Below are positions 25,873 to 37,177 of a stretch of DNA of 47,398 nucleotides, in pieces. The position numbers and the translations under genes were made by a program. The stretch is from Spirogloea muscicola. Taxonomy: Eukaryota. The DNA is taken from the NCBI GenBank assembly GCA_009602725.1, contig WELB01000029.1, positions 470,055-517,452 on the forward strand. Direction: 5' to 3'. The number at the start of each line of letters is the position of its first letter. Positions within the stretch are counted from its first letter, which is position 1. The notes under the pieces are model-generated. The model had not been told where the DNA came from and did no database searches. It saw nothing but the letters and a program-made list of their open reading frames with translations.

Positions 25873-25899
25873 GGCTGGCCAGTAGGGCTTCTCGCCTTT

Positions 25900-28800
25900 C
25901 AGAAGACCTGTCTCGAAGAAGGGCTCTCTGACCTGAGGCTGCTTAGCACAAGTACAAGGACCACCCGGCGGGTGATACCTTTTACCCCCTGGCCATGGAC
26001 ATTCATGGGTGTTACGGGGGTCGGTGGTCCTCGTTGGGGATAGTTTACCGGCAGCTAGTCTGTCGGATGTGAGGCTCCTCACTCGTAACTACTAAGTGGT
26101 CCATCCTCCCCCGTTCTGCCATAGCCTCTCAAGGCCCCGCAGTCGCTGCTTAGCTCGTAGTTTGGCCCCTTCGAACCTTGTCAATTCTTTTCGGGCTGGC
26201 TTCTCACAGCCCTTGCCCCCGTTGGGAGAGCCACTTCTCCTCGTTACTTTCGCTGCTGGCATCTCAAGCTGACCAGCGGCGCCGGGAACAGGGTGCAGCC
26301 CTTCCCGGTGGCTCGGTGCCTTTGGGTCTTGTGTCCTGCTACCGTATGCGTTTGTCTATGTCGCTACAGCGTTCCCAAGCGCTTGCTTTGCATCGCCGCG
26401 CTGGTCGCGCCCTTGCAGCAGCCTCTGGCTTGCGCAACGGGGTTGCTCTTCCTCCCCTCAGCTCATCTGACTTCCTACTGCTGACACGGGGTTACTAAGA
26501 GCGCCCTGGCTGTCTTGCCTGTGGCTCCGTCATGAACACCTGTATGCATCTGGCTGGCTTTCACAGCCGCTCTTTTAATATTAGCAGGGGTTACTGAGTG
26601 CTTCGTAGCTGCTTCGTTTCTTTTGGTGCTTGTTGTTCTTCGTACTTCCCCTGGCCCCTTCTCGTCCTTTGTTCATTCTTTCCTGGGCTGGCTTTTTCCG
26701 GCCCCTATCCTCAATGGGCGAGCCCTTCTCCCTTTCAGAAGAGCTCCTTCCCTTGCTTTTACTGAGAGTCCGCTTGCTGCTGTCTCAGTCCTTGGCACTC
26801 CGGCTCCTTCAGATCTTGTCCGTTCCTTTGGGCTGGCCAGCCACCAGTTAATCTGGCTGCCTTGGTTCTTTCTTTTTCCTTCTTTTGGCTCTTCCTCCTC
26901 TCAGCTCATCTGACTTCCTACTGCTGACACGGGGGTACTAAGAGCGCCCTGTCTGCCTAGCCTGCGGCGCGCCGCTAATATAGTCATGAACACACTCTGT
27001 ATGCACCTGGCTGGCTTTTACAGCCGCTCTCTTAGCGTCAGCAGCCGCATTCTATAATCTTCTGGGCTGGCCAATCACAGCCATCGCCCTCTACTGGAAG
27101 AGTCTCTCTTTCCTCCACTCTTGGTCGTGATAGGCGAGACTTAGCGACTGGCAGGCAGACCTCCAAGCCTAGGACCCACGCACGACCTGCATACTCAAGA
27201 CTCACGAATATCAGTTCTCGAAGTGGTGGAGCGGACCGCCTGCACTGAGCAGGCTACTTTGATTGCTGTCGGTGGTCCGGGACGTATGAGGTGCCAAAGA
27301 CAGCAGTCTGCCGTAATGGAATTGCATTTGGCACCAAAGCGATGGAAATTTTGTCATCAGACAGCACAGCTTTGTGCACCATAACTCAAGCACCGACCCA
27401 ATCTTTACAGAAGTAAATTGCGTCATGCGAGGTTTGCCAATAACGCATTGCAATGAAGCTCATATTCCTGGCAACAACAGCCCTGAACAGGGCCATCCTT
27501 CTCAATCTGCTTTTTAGCTTGCAGCTAGTCGTTTAAAAAGAGCCGTTCCTGCTGGTTGGAAGGCAAATATTAGATTTCGCTCGTGCCAAAGAAGATCTAG
27601 GCGTGTTCAGGTCAGCTGGAGTCTATATTTGCTAAGCTTCATCGAAGGCTTACATTTAACGACTCTGAGGCTTCACTCCATCTTTGATTGTTCAGCGCTG
27701 GTCGTGTCAAGGTCACGCCTGCAAACACCTTTGCAGGCCCATACTTGATGCTAGGGATTTGTCATCTCATGCTGAAGGAGTCAATCGCTGCAGGCCGCTT
27801 GGCTGCTACCTCTGGCTTTCACCGTGGTGATGTTTTCCGGCTGCTGCCTAGGGATAGTCGTTGAGCACCCATTTGTAGTAGCCACTTCAACAGCTTAGCG
27901 CTTGCCGGCCCCTCCGGACCTTGTTTCTCTTTTCTGCGGTGGCTTTTAACAGTCATTGCCCCTTTCTTTTTCTGAAACCCCTTCCAACTTCTTCCAGGAA
28001 GTACTGTCTAATTTTGAAGAAATGGACAAGGTCCAGAGGGGCCGGGAAGGGCAACGTGATAATCCTCTCAAGCGGCTACAATATGGGTTCTCAATGAGAA
28101 AGAAAGCTTTTTCACAAAGGGGGTGATGGCGATCAATCATCTCTAGCAAAGGCGCCCAGCTCAGAAGTCGACTCTTTCAATTGTCCCCTGACTTTTGAAG
28201 CTATTAGAAAAAGTAGGAAGTGATTGCTCTTCCAAATGGGTGAGGCTTGTGAAAGGCTAGCACGGGAAGTATGGACAAGGTCCAAAGAAGAAGTGGCTCT
28301 CCCAAAGGGGGCAAGGGCTGTGAGAAGCCAGCCCGAAAAGAATTGACAAGGTTCGAAGGGGCCAAACTACGAGCTAAGCAGCGACTGCGGGGCCTGAAGA
28401 GGCTATGGCAGAGCGGGGGAGGATGGACCACTTAGTAGTTACGAGTGAGGAGCCTCACATCCGACAGACTAGCTGCCGGTAAACTGCCGGTCCAAAGGGG
28501 CCGGAATGATCTGATACGGCTATGCAAGTACCACAAAGGATGGTCGCTTATCCTCAAATTGGGAAAGAGACAGGGCGCGCCCAGCTGGATGGGCCGTCTC
28601 GCTGCAGAGGTCCATAGCCCGCGCGCTGCACCTGCGTGCCGGACGAGCCCTCGCTGCTGCCTCTGGCCCTGGCTATGGGACCCGCTTCCAGGAGCCAAGT
28701 TTCCCTGACTCAGGCTGTTTAGCAGGGGTTACTGAGAGTTTCGTAGCTGCTAGTTACTTATTGTGCTTGTTTTCTTAGTGCTTCCCCCTGCCCCTTCTCG

Positions 28801-31600
28801 CTCTTTGGTCATTCTTTTTTGGGCTGGCCTTTTCCAGCCCCTATCCTCTATGGGCCCCTCCGTTTGGCCCCTTCGAACCTTTGTCAATTCTTTTCGGGCT
28901 GGCTTTTCCACAGCCCTTGCCCCCATGGGGAGAGGCACTTCTCTATGGGCGAGCCCTTTCTTCTTAGCTCGTAGTCTGGCCCCTTCGAGCCTTGTCAATT
29001 CTTTTCGGGCTGGCTTCTCACAGCCCTTGCCCCCATTGGGAGAGCCACTTCTTTCTTCTTTGGCCTGCGTGGCCTTCGGATATTTTCCATTCTTTCCTGG
29101 GCTGGCTTTGCTAGCCCCTCTTTTTCTATGGGCGAGCAATTTCTTTCTTCTGGCTCTGGCCAGGGGATGGACAAGGTCGAATGGAGCCGGAGCCGGAGGG
29201 GGGATGGGCATGACAGGAGGTTTTTGCCGCGAACTGTGTAGCCCGCCTTCAGGAACACGCCATGCGTGGTCCCACAAGAGGTCGTGGGAGCCGGTCCGCT
29301 CCACCTCCGTGCGGACAGCGGAGCATGTGGGCAGCTCCGCAGCGTCGGCGTGGCTGGCGGGCTCCGTTTGCCGCTGCTCCGCGCGACCCGCGACCATTCT
29401 GACAGTCCGCTCTTGCGATGCGCGCGCCCGATCTGACGGCGTGATCCGCACTGCACGGCGCCGACAGAAGTGCGCGCCCATAGAGAAGAGGGGCTGGCAA
29501 AGCCAGCCCAAAAAAGAATTGACAATGTCCAAAGCCAAAGAAAGAGGAGCCGGGAAAAGGACTACACTACACAACACTGCAGAACACAGAAACGATGCAG
29601 AGGGAAGCTCAGTACCCACGAGTGAGCAACATCAGGTCTGAGTAGCTCGCTGCAGGGAAAGAGGCAATCCGCCGAGACCCAGAGGCGGCGGCCATAGCAC
29701 GGCCTGCTCGCGTGTGGACGGCGTGGGGCAAGGGAGCGTTGAAGCGATACGGCCAGGCGCATGCGGAAGACTTGTGCGAGCGAACCGGCGGCGTTGAAGC
29801 CGGGCATCGCCCCTGGCCGACAGAGGGCTCATAGCCAGAGGCTGCGGCGGCCAAAGCGCGACACTCTGAAAGGCCAGCCCAGTCGAACGAACGAGGTCCA
29901 ATGGGGACGAGGGCTGTGAACAGCCAGCCCGAAAACTTTGACGAAGCCCAAAGCGGCCGGAAACTGCTGAGCACGTACTATGTAAGATAATCACTTTCAG
30001 TAACGTCTACTTTGATGTGTAGCCGCAAGTCGGCGGGCGAGTGGCGCTTGGCCAGGTGGGCTTGCGGCCGGCCGAGCGCCCGGCAGCCGCGGGCCGGCTG
30101 CCGGCGTGTCGGCCGCGGNCGGCGGCGGGGCCTGGGGGGCCGGCGGGAAGGGCGGGCGCCGGCCGGCACCGGCCCTCGCCTGCATCATCCTCCCCCGTTC
30201 TGACATAAGCATCTTCAGGCCCCTTCGTAGCTGCTTAGCGTTTTAGGCCCCCCCGTCATCTGGCCCCTTCGAACCTTTGTCAACTCTTTTCGGGCTGGCT
30301 TTTCACAGCCCTTGACCCCGTTGGGAGTGCCACTTTCTCTCCTTTCCCAGCCCTTGCCCCCATTGGGAGAAGCCACTTCTTCTAAGTCCAGCTGAGCGCG
30401 GACGGCCAGCCCCATACTCGACGCGCCGACCTAACCGCCATCCCGCCCGGCGGCGGTCCCCGCATCATCGCCGATGTGGTGACAACTGACTGCGTCGACC
30501 GACTCCGCCAATCCCACCAGGTCGGCGTCGATGCAGGGCACGCGGTCGGCCTGGCGGCCCGGGGCAAAGAGCGAAAACACGCCGATCACCCGGTTGGTGA
30601 TGAATTCGCGGCCCTGGCGATAGATCTTCACGGGGCTTTCGGCAGCCGCTGGCTGGACCTCCTCCAGCGGCTTGCCCGTCAGGCCATTATTGACCGGCGG
30701 CCGGGTCTGCCAGGGGCGGCTTCAACGCCGCCGGTTCACTCGCCCGCCCAGGTCTTCCGAATGCGCCTGACGGTATCGTTTCAACGCTCCCTTGCCTACG
30801 CCGTCCACACGCGAGCAGGCCGTGCTATGGCCGCCGCCTCTGGGTCTCGGCGCAGTGCCTCATTCCCTGCAGCGAGCTACTCAGACTTGATGTTGCTCAC
30901 TCGCGGGTACTGAGCTTCCCTCTGCATCGTCTTGTGCTTTGTAATGTAGTCCATTTCCGACTCCTCTTTCTTTGGCTTTGGACATTGTCCATTCTGTTTG
31001 GGCTGGCTTTGCCAGCCCCTCTTCTCTATGGGCGAGCACTTTCTTCTCCCAATGTGGGCAAGGGCTGTGAAAAGCCAGCCCGAAAAGAATTGACAAAGGT
31101 TCGAAGGGGCCAAATGACGGAGGGGCTTAAAGCGCTATGTTAGAAGGGGTGGAGGATGGACCACTCAGTAACGACGAGTGAGGAGCCTCAAATCCGACAT
31201 ACTAGCTGCCGGAAAAACAACCCCTTGGCGATAGCCAGAGGCTGCAGCGAGAGCACGACCAGCACGCAGATGCAAGGCGTGTGTCATGGATCGCTGAAGG
31301 GAGACTGATAAACGCATGCGATAGACCTGGGCCCACGAGCTCGAGGCGTTTGAAGTCAGCCGGCTCACCTCGCCTGCGGGACACAGCGCGCCGTGCAAAG
31401 CTTGGCCAACAGGTCGAGCCACTGGGACCCAAGAGCCCCATGTACATCCACGGGGACCTTGTCACCCTGGATGTACACCCTTGCCCCCCTTGGACCTTGT
31501 CAAATCTTTTCGGGCTGGCTTTCACAGCCAGCCACTCTTCTCTATGGGCGAGCACTTTCTTCTTGCCCCCTTGGGGAGTGCCACTTCTCTTTAGCTAATT
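25900..31600. mobile_element. Cluster 3 of nested RLE retroelement 3' ends (families A-E plus divergent copies; 27.1-27.8 kb unassigned)
   Basis: TSDs: ttagca (25943-25948/26581-26586), tcctcgtt (26028-26035/26238-26245), ggtccaaag (28279-28287/28489-28497), ctctatgggc (28846-28855/28941-28950), ctttcttctt (28956-28965/29051-29060), gccgacaga (29460-29468/29816-29824). Confidence 0.88.
30385..31047 (+). mobile_element. Longest family A copy: restriction-like endonuclease C-terminus plus 3' UTR of a CRE-like non-LTR retrotransposon
   Basis: Open frame to the stop at 30913: RRADL..RIIADVV..GHAVGLAARGKERKH..FAALAIDLHGAFG..RMRLTVSFQRS..LLTRGY*. This fits the RLE pattern R-x-D...D...K-x-x-K-(Y/H)...F...G..G...S.QR. 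The copy ends in a cactttcttct tail. Confidence 0.8.
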
Positions 31601-32124
31601 TTGCAAGAAACTGGACTGCAATGTCAACATGGGCGTTTAGCTCAGGGCTCACATTGCCTGCAGCTGGCAGCAAACTGCTGCTTATGCTGATTATGCTGTT
31701 TAGGTGACACCCCGTTCACGGGGTGTGATCTGAAGGGGTCATCTCCCCCATGCTTCCAGACGAGAGATCAGGATGCCCAATAATGCACAACATGGAATCT
31801 TGCTAATGATGAGGCTGACAACTGCAAATACTACAGGGGCTCTTGGGTCGCCAAGAGAAATCAGTCAGCAATGCCATTAGCAATGTGCCCGTTGGCCACA
31901 CGTCCGTAAATACAAGGTCAATTATGTTGCAAATGTCTATAGATAGACAGCAATTAATTACTTTAAAATGGAGAACCAGGTATGCTTGTCTACCTCCAAG
32001 ATCATACATCTACGACTTCAGACAAATGTCAAGGATGAGCAGATGCCCAGCTAACATGCAACCTCAAATTGCTCTGAGGTCTACCATGACCGTTTGGTCA
32101 GGCAACGGTCAGCATCCAGTGGCC

Positions 32125-34060
32125 TCATTGGCTTGCCACGCTATCGACGAGGACGCAGACGCGACTGGGTGCCGCATCCTTGGCGCAGAGCCCTTGGGCT
32201 GCCGTGCGGTACATCGTATCATAAACAGGTACCCACCAGTCTGCCATGTATGCAAAGTGTGTGCAGTCGCGCTTGGTGCTGTTGTCCCGGTTGAAGTGGA
32301 ACTGATGCATGTCCATCTCCCAGAAGCATGGCTGAATCAGCACACCACGCGGGTTTGCCTCCGCCTCCATGAGCTCCCGCCGCCACAGCTGCATAACAGG
32401 AAGTGAAGGAACAAAGTTTACAAATGCAGATGCAGGTTGAATGAACCACATCCTGTAGTTCTAGAAATGTAGATTATCAGGTCACATACACTTGGCAGGC
32501 AGAGTAACATGAGCAAGTAGTGACCATAGACGAGCAAGTAGTGAGAGCAGAACATAGAACTACCTGACACTCAGCAAAGCCAGTGTGCACCTGAAAGTGC
32601 GCATTTTCAGCTGGCCAGCAAGTCTCAAGGTCAGGCACATGTTGCTCCTCGGGTTGTTCAAATGAGCCGGAGCCATCGAGGTTAAAGAAATGTTGCGGCA
32701 TGGTATCACGGAAGAAGGCCAGCTTGCCGGGCTGCTTGTTGAAGGCTGCCATGCGCTCCGCGAGGATGCCGTACTCGTATTGCAGTGCCTCTTGGTCCTT
32801 GCGCGTGTAGTGCACCCCCACGTTGACTACAACCTGGCAGTTGCAAAGCTTGTTGCTAATTGTTAGAGCTCATGAACGTGGAGGCTTTCTGCAGTGTTAG
32901 AGTATCAAGGGCCAGCTATGAAGGTCTTGCAGCTTGGACAGCAGGCCAGCAAGGAGAGGAGGGGGGGGCAGTGTACCACATCCGAGTGGACAAAGGCATG
33001 CTCCAGCATCGCTGGCCATAATATGTACTTGACGGTCTTCGGCCCCGGAGCCGTGCCAAGCTTGTTACCTGCCGCCCAGCCACCAATGATCGGAGGGCAC
33101 AAGCTGCCACAGTGGTCAATCGCTTGGCCAATGGGCCAGTGACTACAACAAGCATGCGGCTGGATGAGGATGCTAAGCGGAGATGCCCAGCCCTCACTCA
33201 GCACCCGCGCACCTCGGTAGTATGACCATGTCATGTTGCCGAAGGGGCCCCCCAGCACAAACTTCTCAATGACCGTGTCGACGTTCTTGTCGTACAAAGC
33301 TTGGAGGACGTCGTATTCGTCCGCTCCTGGCACGAGCTCGATTTCGTTGCGTTCGACGTCCTCGAGGGTGTCCTCAAATGCCTGATTTCTGTAGTACCTA
33401 CAAAGTCACAGGCAGCCAGAGCGAGGCGTCTGCGTCAGCCTCTGAGAGTGGCCCGTACCTGGGCGGCGGCACCCGGCAGAAACCCACAATAGCCCGCCGT
33501 TTGCGGCGATAGCTGGACGACAAAGCAGACGGTGGCATTGACAGGGTGCAGGCGGGGAGCGCACCGGCGGGGCTCCTGGTCGACGTAGCGCTCGTAGCCG
33601 AGCTTCTGGAGGGACTGGACGAACATGCTGTGCACCTGGTGCGTCAGCGAGTCGCCCAGCAGCGCCACGCGCTTGCCGGCCAGCAGCTGCAGCGGACCCA
33701 CGACGGCGGCGGCGTCAGCGATCTGCCCAAAGTCGCGACGGCGGAGGATCGAACAGCCGTTGACAGCGAGGCGCGGCGACGCACCAGGGGACGGCCGCGT
33801 CAGCGATTTGGCCAGAGCGGCGACGGCGGAGTATTGAACAGCCGTCTGTGGCGAGGCGCGGCGGCGTCGTACCAGGCCGAGGTCGGCGGCGGTGTAGATG
33901 CGGGAGCCGTCGGTGCGCACGAAGGCATACTTGTGGTGGCGGAAGTCGGCGCGCCAGCGCTCCGGCGGCACCAGCGGCGACCGCCCGGGCTGCGCGTACA
34001 CGGCGCTCCAGCGGAAGCCCAGCTCGGCGGCCAGGCGCTGGGCGCGCGCCTCCGCCGCCG
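32125..34060 (-). CDS. Divergent SGNH/PC-esterase (TBL-like) protein; 5' end lies in the N gap
   Basis: LLAGKRVALLGDSLTHQV (GDS), VNVGVHY, AFFRDTMPQHF, and RDCTHF (DxxH) in the last exon; GT-AG introns between them. Confidence 0.78.
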
Positions 34061-34707
34061 NNNNNNNNNNNNNNNNNNNNNNNNNNNNNNNNNNNNNNNN
34101 NNNNNNNNNNNNNNNNNNNNNNNNNNNNNNNNNNNNNNNNNNNNNNNNNNNNNNNNNNNNNNNNNNNNNNNNNNNNNNNNNNNNNNNNNNNNNNNNNNNN
34201 NNNNNNNNNNNNNNNNNNNNNNNNNNNNNNNNNNNNNNNNNNNNNNNNNNNNNNNNNNNNNNNNNNNNNNNNNNNNNNNNNNNNNNNNNNNNNNNNNNNN
34301 NNNNNNNNNNNNNNNNNNNNNNNNNNNNNNNNNNNNNNNNNNNNNNNNNNNNNNNNNNNNNNNNNNNNNNNNNNNNNNNNNNNNNNNNNNNNNNNNNNNN
34401 NNNNNNNNNNNNNNNNNNNNNNNNNNNNNNNNNNNNNNNNNNNNNNNNNNNNNNNNNNNNNNNNNNNNNNNNNNNNNNNNNNNNNNNNNNNNNNNNNNNN
34501 NNNNNNNNNNNNNNNNNNNNNNNNNNNNNNNNNNNNNNNNNNNNNNNNNNNNNNNNNNNNNNNNNNNNNNNNNNNNNNNNNNNNNNNNNNNNNNNNNNNN
34601 NNNNNNNNNNNNNNNNNNNNNNNNNNNNNNNNNNNNNNNNNNNNNNNNNNNNNNNNNNNNNNNNNNNNNNNNNNNNNNNNNNNNNNNNNNNNNNNNNNNN
34701 NNNNNNN
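34061..34707. other. Assembly gap (N run)
   Basis: Run of n characters. Confidence 1.
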
Positions 34708-34721
34708 CGGCGTTGGCGTCG

Positions 34722-36111
34722 ATGCCGCGGGCGCGGTACGAGTGCGACTACTGCGGGAAGCAGTTCCAGGACACGCCGGCGGCGCGGCAGCGGCACCTCG
34801 GCGGCGCCGCGCACCAGCGCGCGCGCCGGGCCTGGTTCGACGCCTTCAAGGGTGCGCGCCCTCGCCGCCGCAGTCCCGACCCCTCGAACCCTAAACCCTG
34901 ACCCTAGACCTGACCTCTAACCTTAAAAGACCCGAAACCCTAACCTTAAACCCTAAGTTTGAACCCTAAACCCTGAGCTCTGAAAACTAAATCCTAACCC
35001 CTGGGTGCTGAGCCCCGTGTGAGCCCATTCTCCTTCCTCCTCCCTCCTTCCCCCCCTTCGTCCTCCCTCCGTCCCTCTGCGGCTGCGCCTTCGAGCTCCC
35101 AACTGACCTCCTGGCGGCTGGTGACTGCCGCCGCTGCTGCCTCAGACTCCGCAGAGCTGCTGGCGGAGGAGCTCGCCAAGGAGCCCTGCAAGCAGTACCT
35201 CCGCACGGTGTGGGCGCCTCCCCACCCCCCAACCCCTGTGTACAAGCTTCTGTAGAGTGTAGACAGACAGGGGTCTCGGAAGCGATCAGGAGCAAGCCAG
35301 AGGTGAGCGGCCGGCGGCTCCCACCTTGGAGCTTGCGGTGCTCGAGGACGGACCCACGTCTCCGGGCTCGTTGTAGCCAGAGCAGGCGCACAAGTAGCAG
35401 AGCTCAGTAGCAAAGCTCAGCTTCTCTTCGCGCCTCCCACTATGGCGGCGGTCTGCGCAGGGCACGTGCAAGTTTGGGAATGGATGCCGGTTTGGCCACG
35501 CGGGCCGCCCACTTCCGGCAGGTGAAGGCCAGCTCCTCGCATCTCCACGTGCTTGACCAGAGCAACCGAGCGTCCCGCTCGGGACCAACGTAGCATTTTG
35601 TCTTTGGCAAGTGCGGTTTGGGGCTTGGGGCTGCTCACCAGCTTCAGGATTTCATGATATAGAAATTCTCTCCTTTCCATTCACTGCTGAACATAGGCCT
35701 CAGCTGCTCAACGATGTGGCCCTGCTCGCTTCGCTGTTCTTTATCTTACAGATGCTGCAGCAGAGAGCGAGGCAATGAGGGTGCACCACAGCCACATGCT
35801 CGCCCTCGCACAAGCTTCTGGTTAGACGTCAGTTCCTGCCGCTGTCAAGCAATCTTTGCAATCAGATCGATCTGGCCCACATTTGAGCAAAGGATAGAAC
35901 AATGAGGCGTCATATATGTGCTGCTTCACATTAAGTCTTCCAGCTTGCAGCCGCCGCTACCAGCGACTGACCCTGTCTTCCCCTCCCTTCTCTCCACTGC
36001 TCGCCAGAATCACCGCCAAGGCGGCCTGTGCGAGATGACCTGCCACCGTCCCTACAGCCCCCGCCTGAGGGTGGTTACGTTGTGCCAGCTGTGCCGCTCG
36101 ACTGGGGCTGA
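34722..36111 (+). CDS. ZMAT5: U11/U12 snRNP 20 kDa protein (matrin-type zinc finger + CCCH)
   Basis: MPRARYECDYCGKQFQDTPAARQRHLGGAAHQRAR (34722-34851), EPCKQYLRT|GTCKFGNGCRFGH (CCCH), and last exon LPPSLQPPPEGGY..DWG*. Confidence 0.9.
34880..35002 (+). repeat. Degenerate telomere-like CCCTAAA array in ZMAT5 intron 1
   Basis: aaccctaaaccctgaccctagacc..aaaccctaaccttaaaccctaag..aaccctaaaccctg..aaatcctaacccc. Confidence 0.8.
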
Positions 36112-37177
36112 GGTTGATGCACTGTAAAAACAGCGTCGCTTGGTGGATCACTTGTAGAAGTCTGACACTACGCAAGCGGTTCCTATAGCATGACAAATTC
36201 CGCTTCTTTTTCAGGAAGCTGCAGGCTTTTTCTAAGCCTTTAGTTGACTTGCCACTCCAGGATCGTAGTTGTCAGGGTGAATAGTTGTACAGAGTGCGTA
36301 GCATTTGCAAAAGACCGTTTCAGTGGCGATCTGTATGGAGAAGGTGCATGTCAGGAGCGCTCTACATGAGCCCAGGCTGCTCAATGGCTGTGCAGACATG
36401 GGCAGCATCCACATTTTCCAGCTCAAATGTGTTGTTGGCACCTGCACCTGTAGACTATTTGGGGAGATTGCTTATCAGCCATACTCGTCAACTGCAAGCA
36501 GCATGATGGGTTCCTCTGGCCCTGATTAAGAAGGGTGGAGGGGAAGCCTATACTCTTGCCGTGTGCGTGCAAGACACTGGGTGGACGTCAACACACGGAA
36601 ATTCGATATCCACAAGCGTGTCTTCAGGTTGGCGCGGCTATCGCTGGCCAAGACAATACGGACTGACATCTGACAGTGTGGCACCTTCTCAAGGTAGATT
36701 GCATCCTTGGAGATAAACTTCGTAAACCCTGCCTTGCATCTGTCCACCATATCCTCCCTGACTGAAATCCCAAACGCTTTAAGACCTTGTATGATTTTCC
36801 AGCGTGACTGGGAGAGTGGGCAATCGCCAAGCACAACCCTTTCAACTCTCTCATTGCAAAGTTCACGCAATGTTGAGCGCCATTACCATCTGCACTTATG
36901 CAACAAATCAACTGACATTTAAGCAACCTGGGCACCAACTAGAGGTGACATTTTTGGGCTCCAGTACATCTGTCCCTTGAGATGACCTTAGAGGGTGTAC
37001 AAACCGCTGCAGTACATGAAGTAACGGTGTCTTGGAAAGGCTCTTGGCGCGCAACAGCACTCGCTTGGCACTACATGCAATGTAAGTAGCAGAATAGGTG
37101 CTGGTTAAAACCTTAGCTCAAATTGCAGCTGTACAGCTGTCCAGCTGTACAGGTTCGATTGAGATGATTAGACTTAG

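Noticed and set aside
29160..29465. snRNA, tRNA or spliced-leader gene as the retroelement target
   Set aside because: No recognisable U-snRNA, tRNA or SL motifs; better explained as part of a divergent element.
28750..29641. Long ORFs of 289 and 292 aa
   Set aside because: Chance read-through of concatenated element 3' UTRs.
25900..31600. CRISPR-like array of hairpin repeats
   Set aside because: The repeats are irregularly spaced, on both strands, attached to coding remnants and bounded by TSDs. The context is eukaryotic and there are no cas genes.
31707..31726. Perfect hairpin acaccccg-ttca-cggggtgt as a Helitron end or terminator
   Set aside because: Single copy, with no downstream CTRR or U tract.
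33435..34920. ORFs spanning the N gap
   Set aside because: Artefacts of translating n characters; they fuse two different genes.
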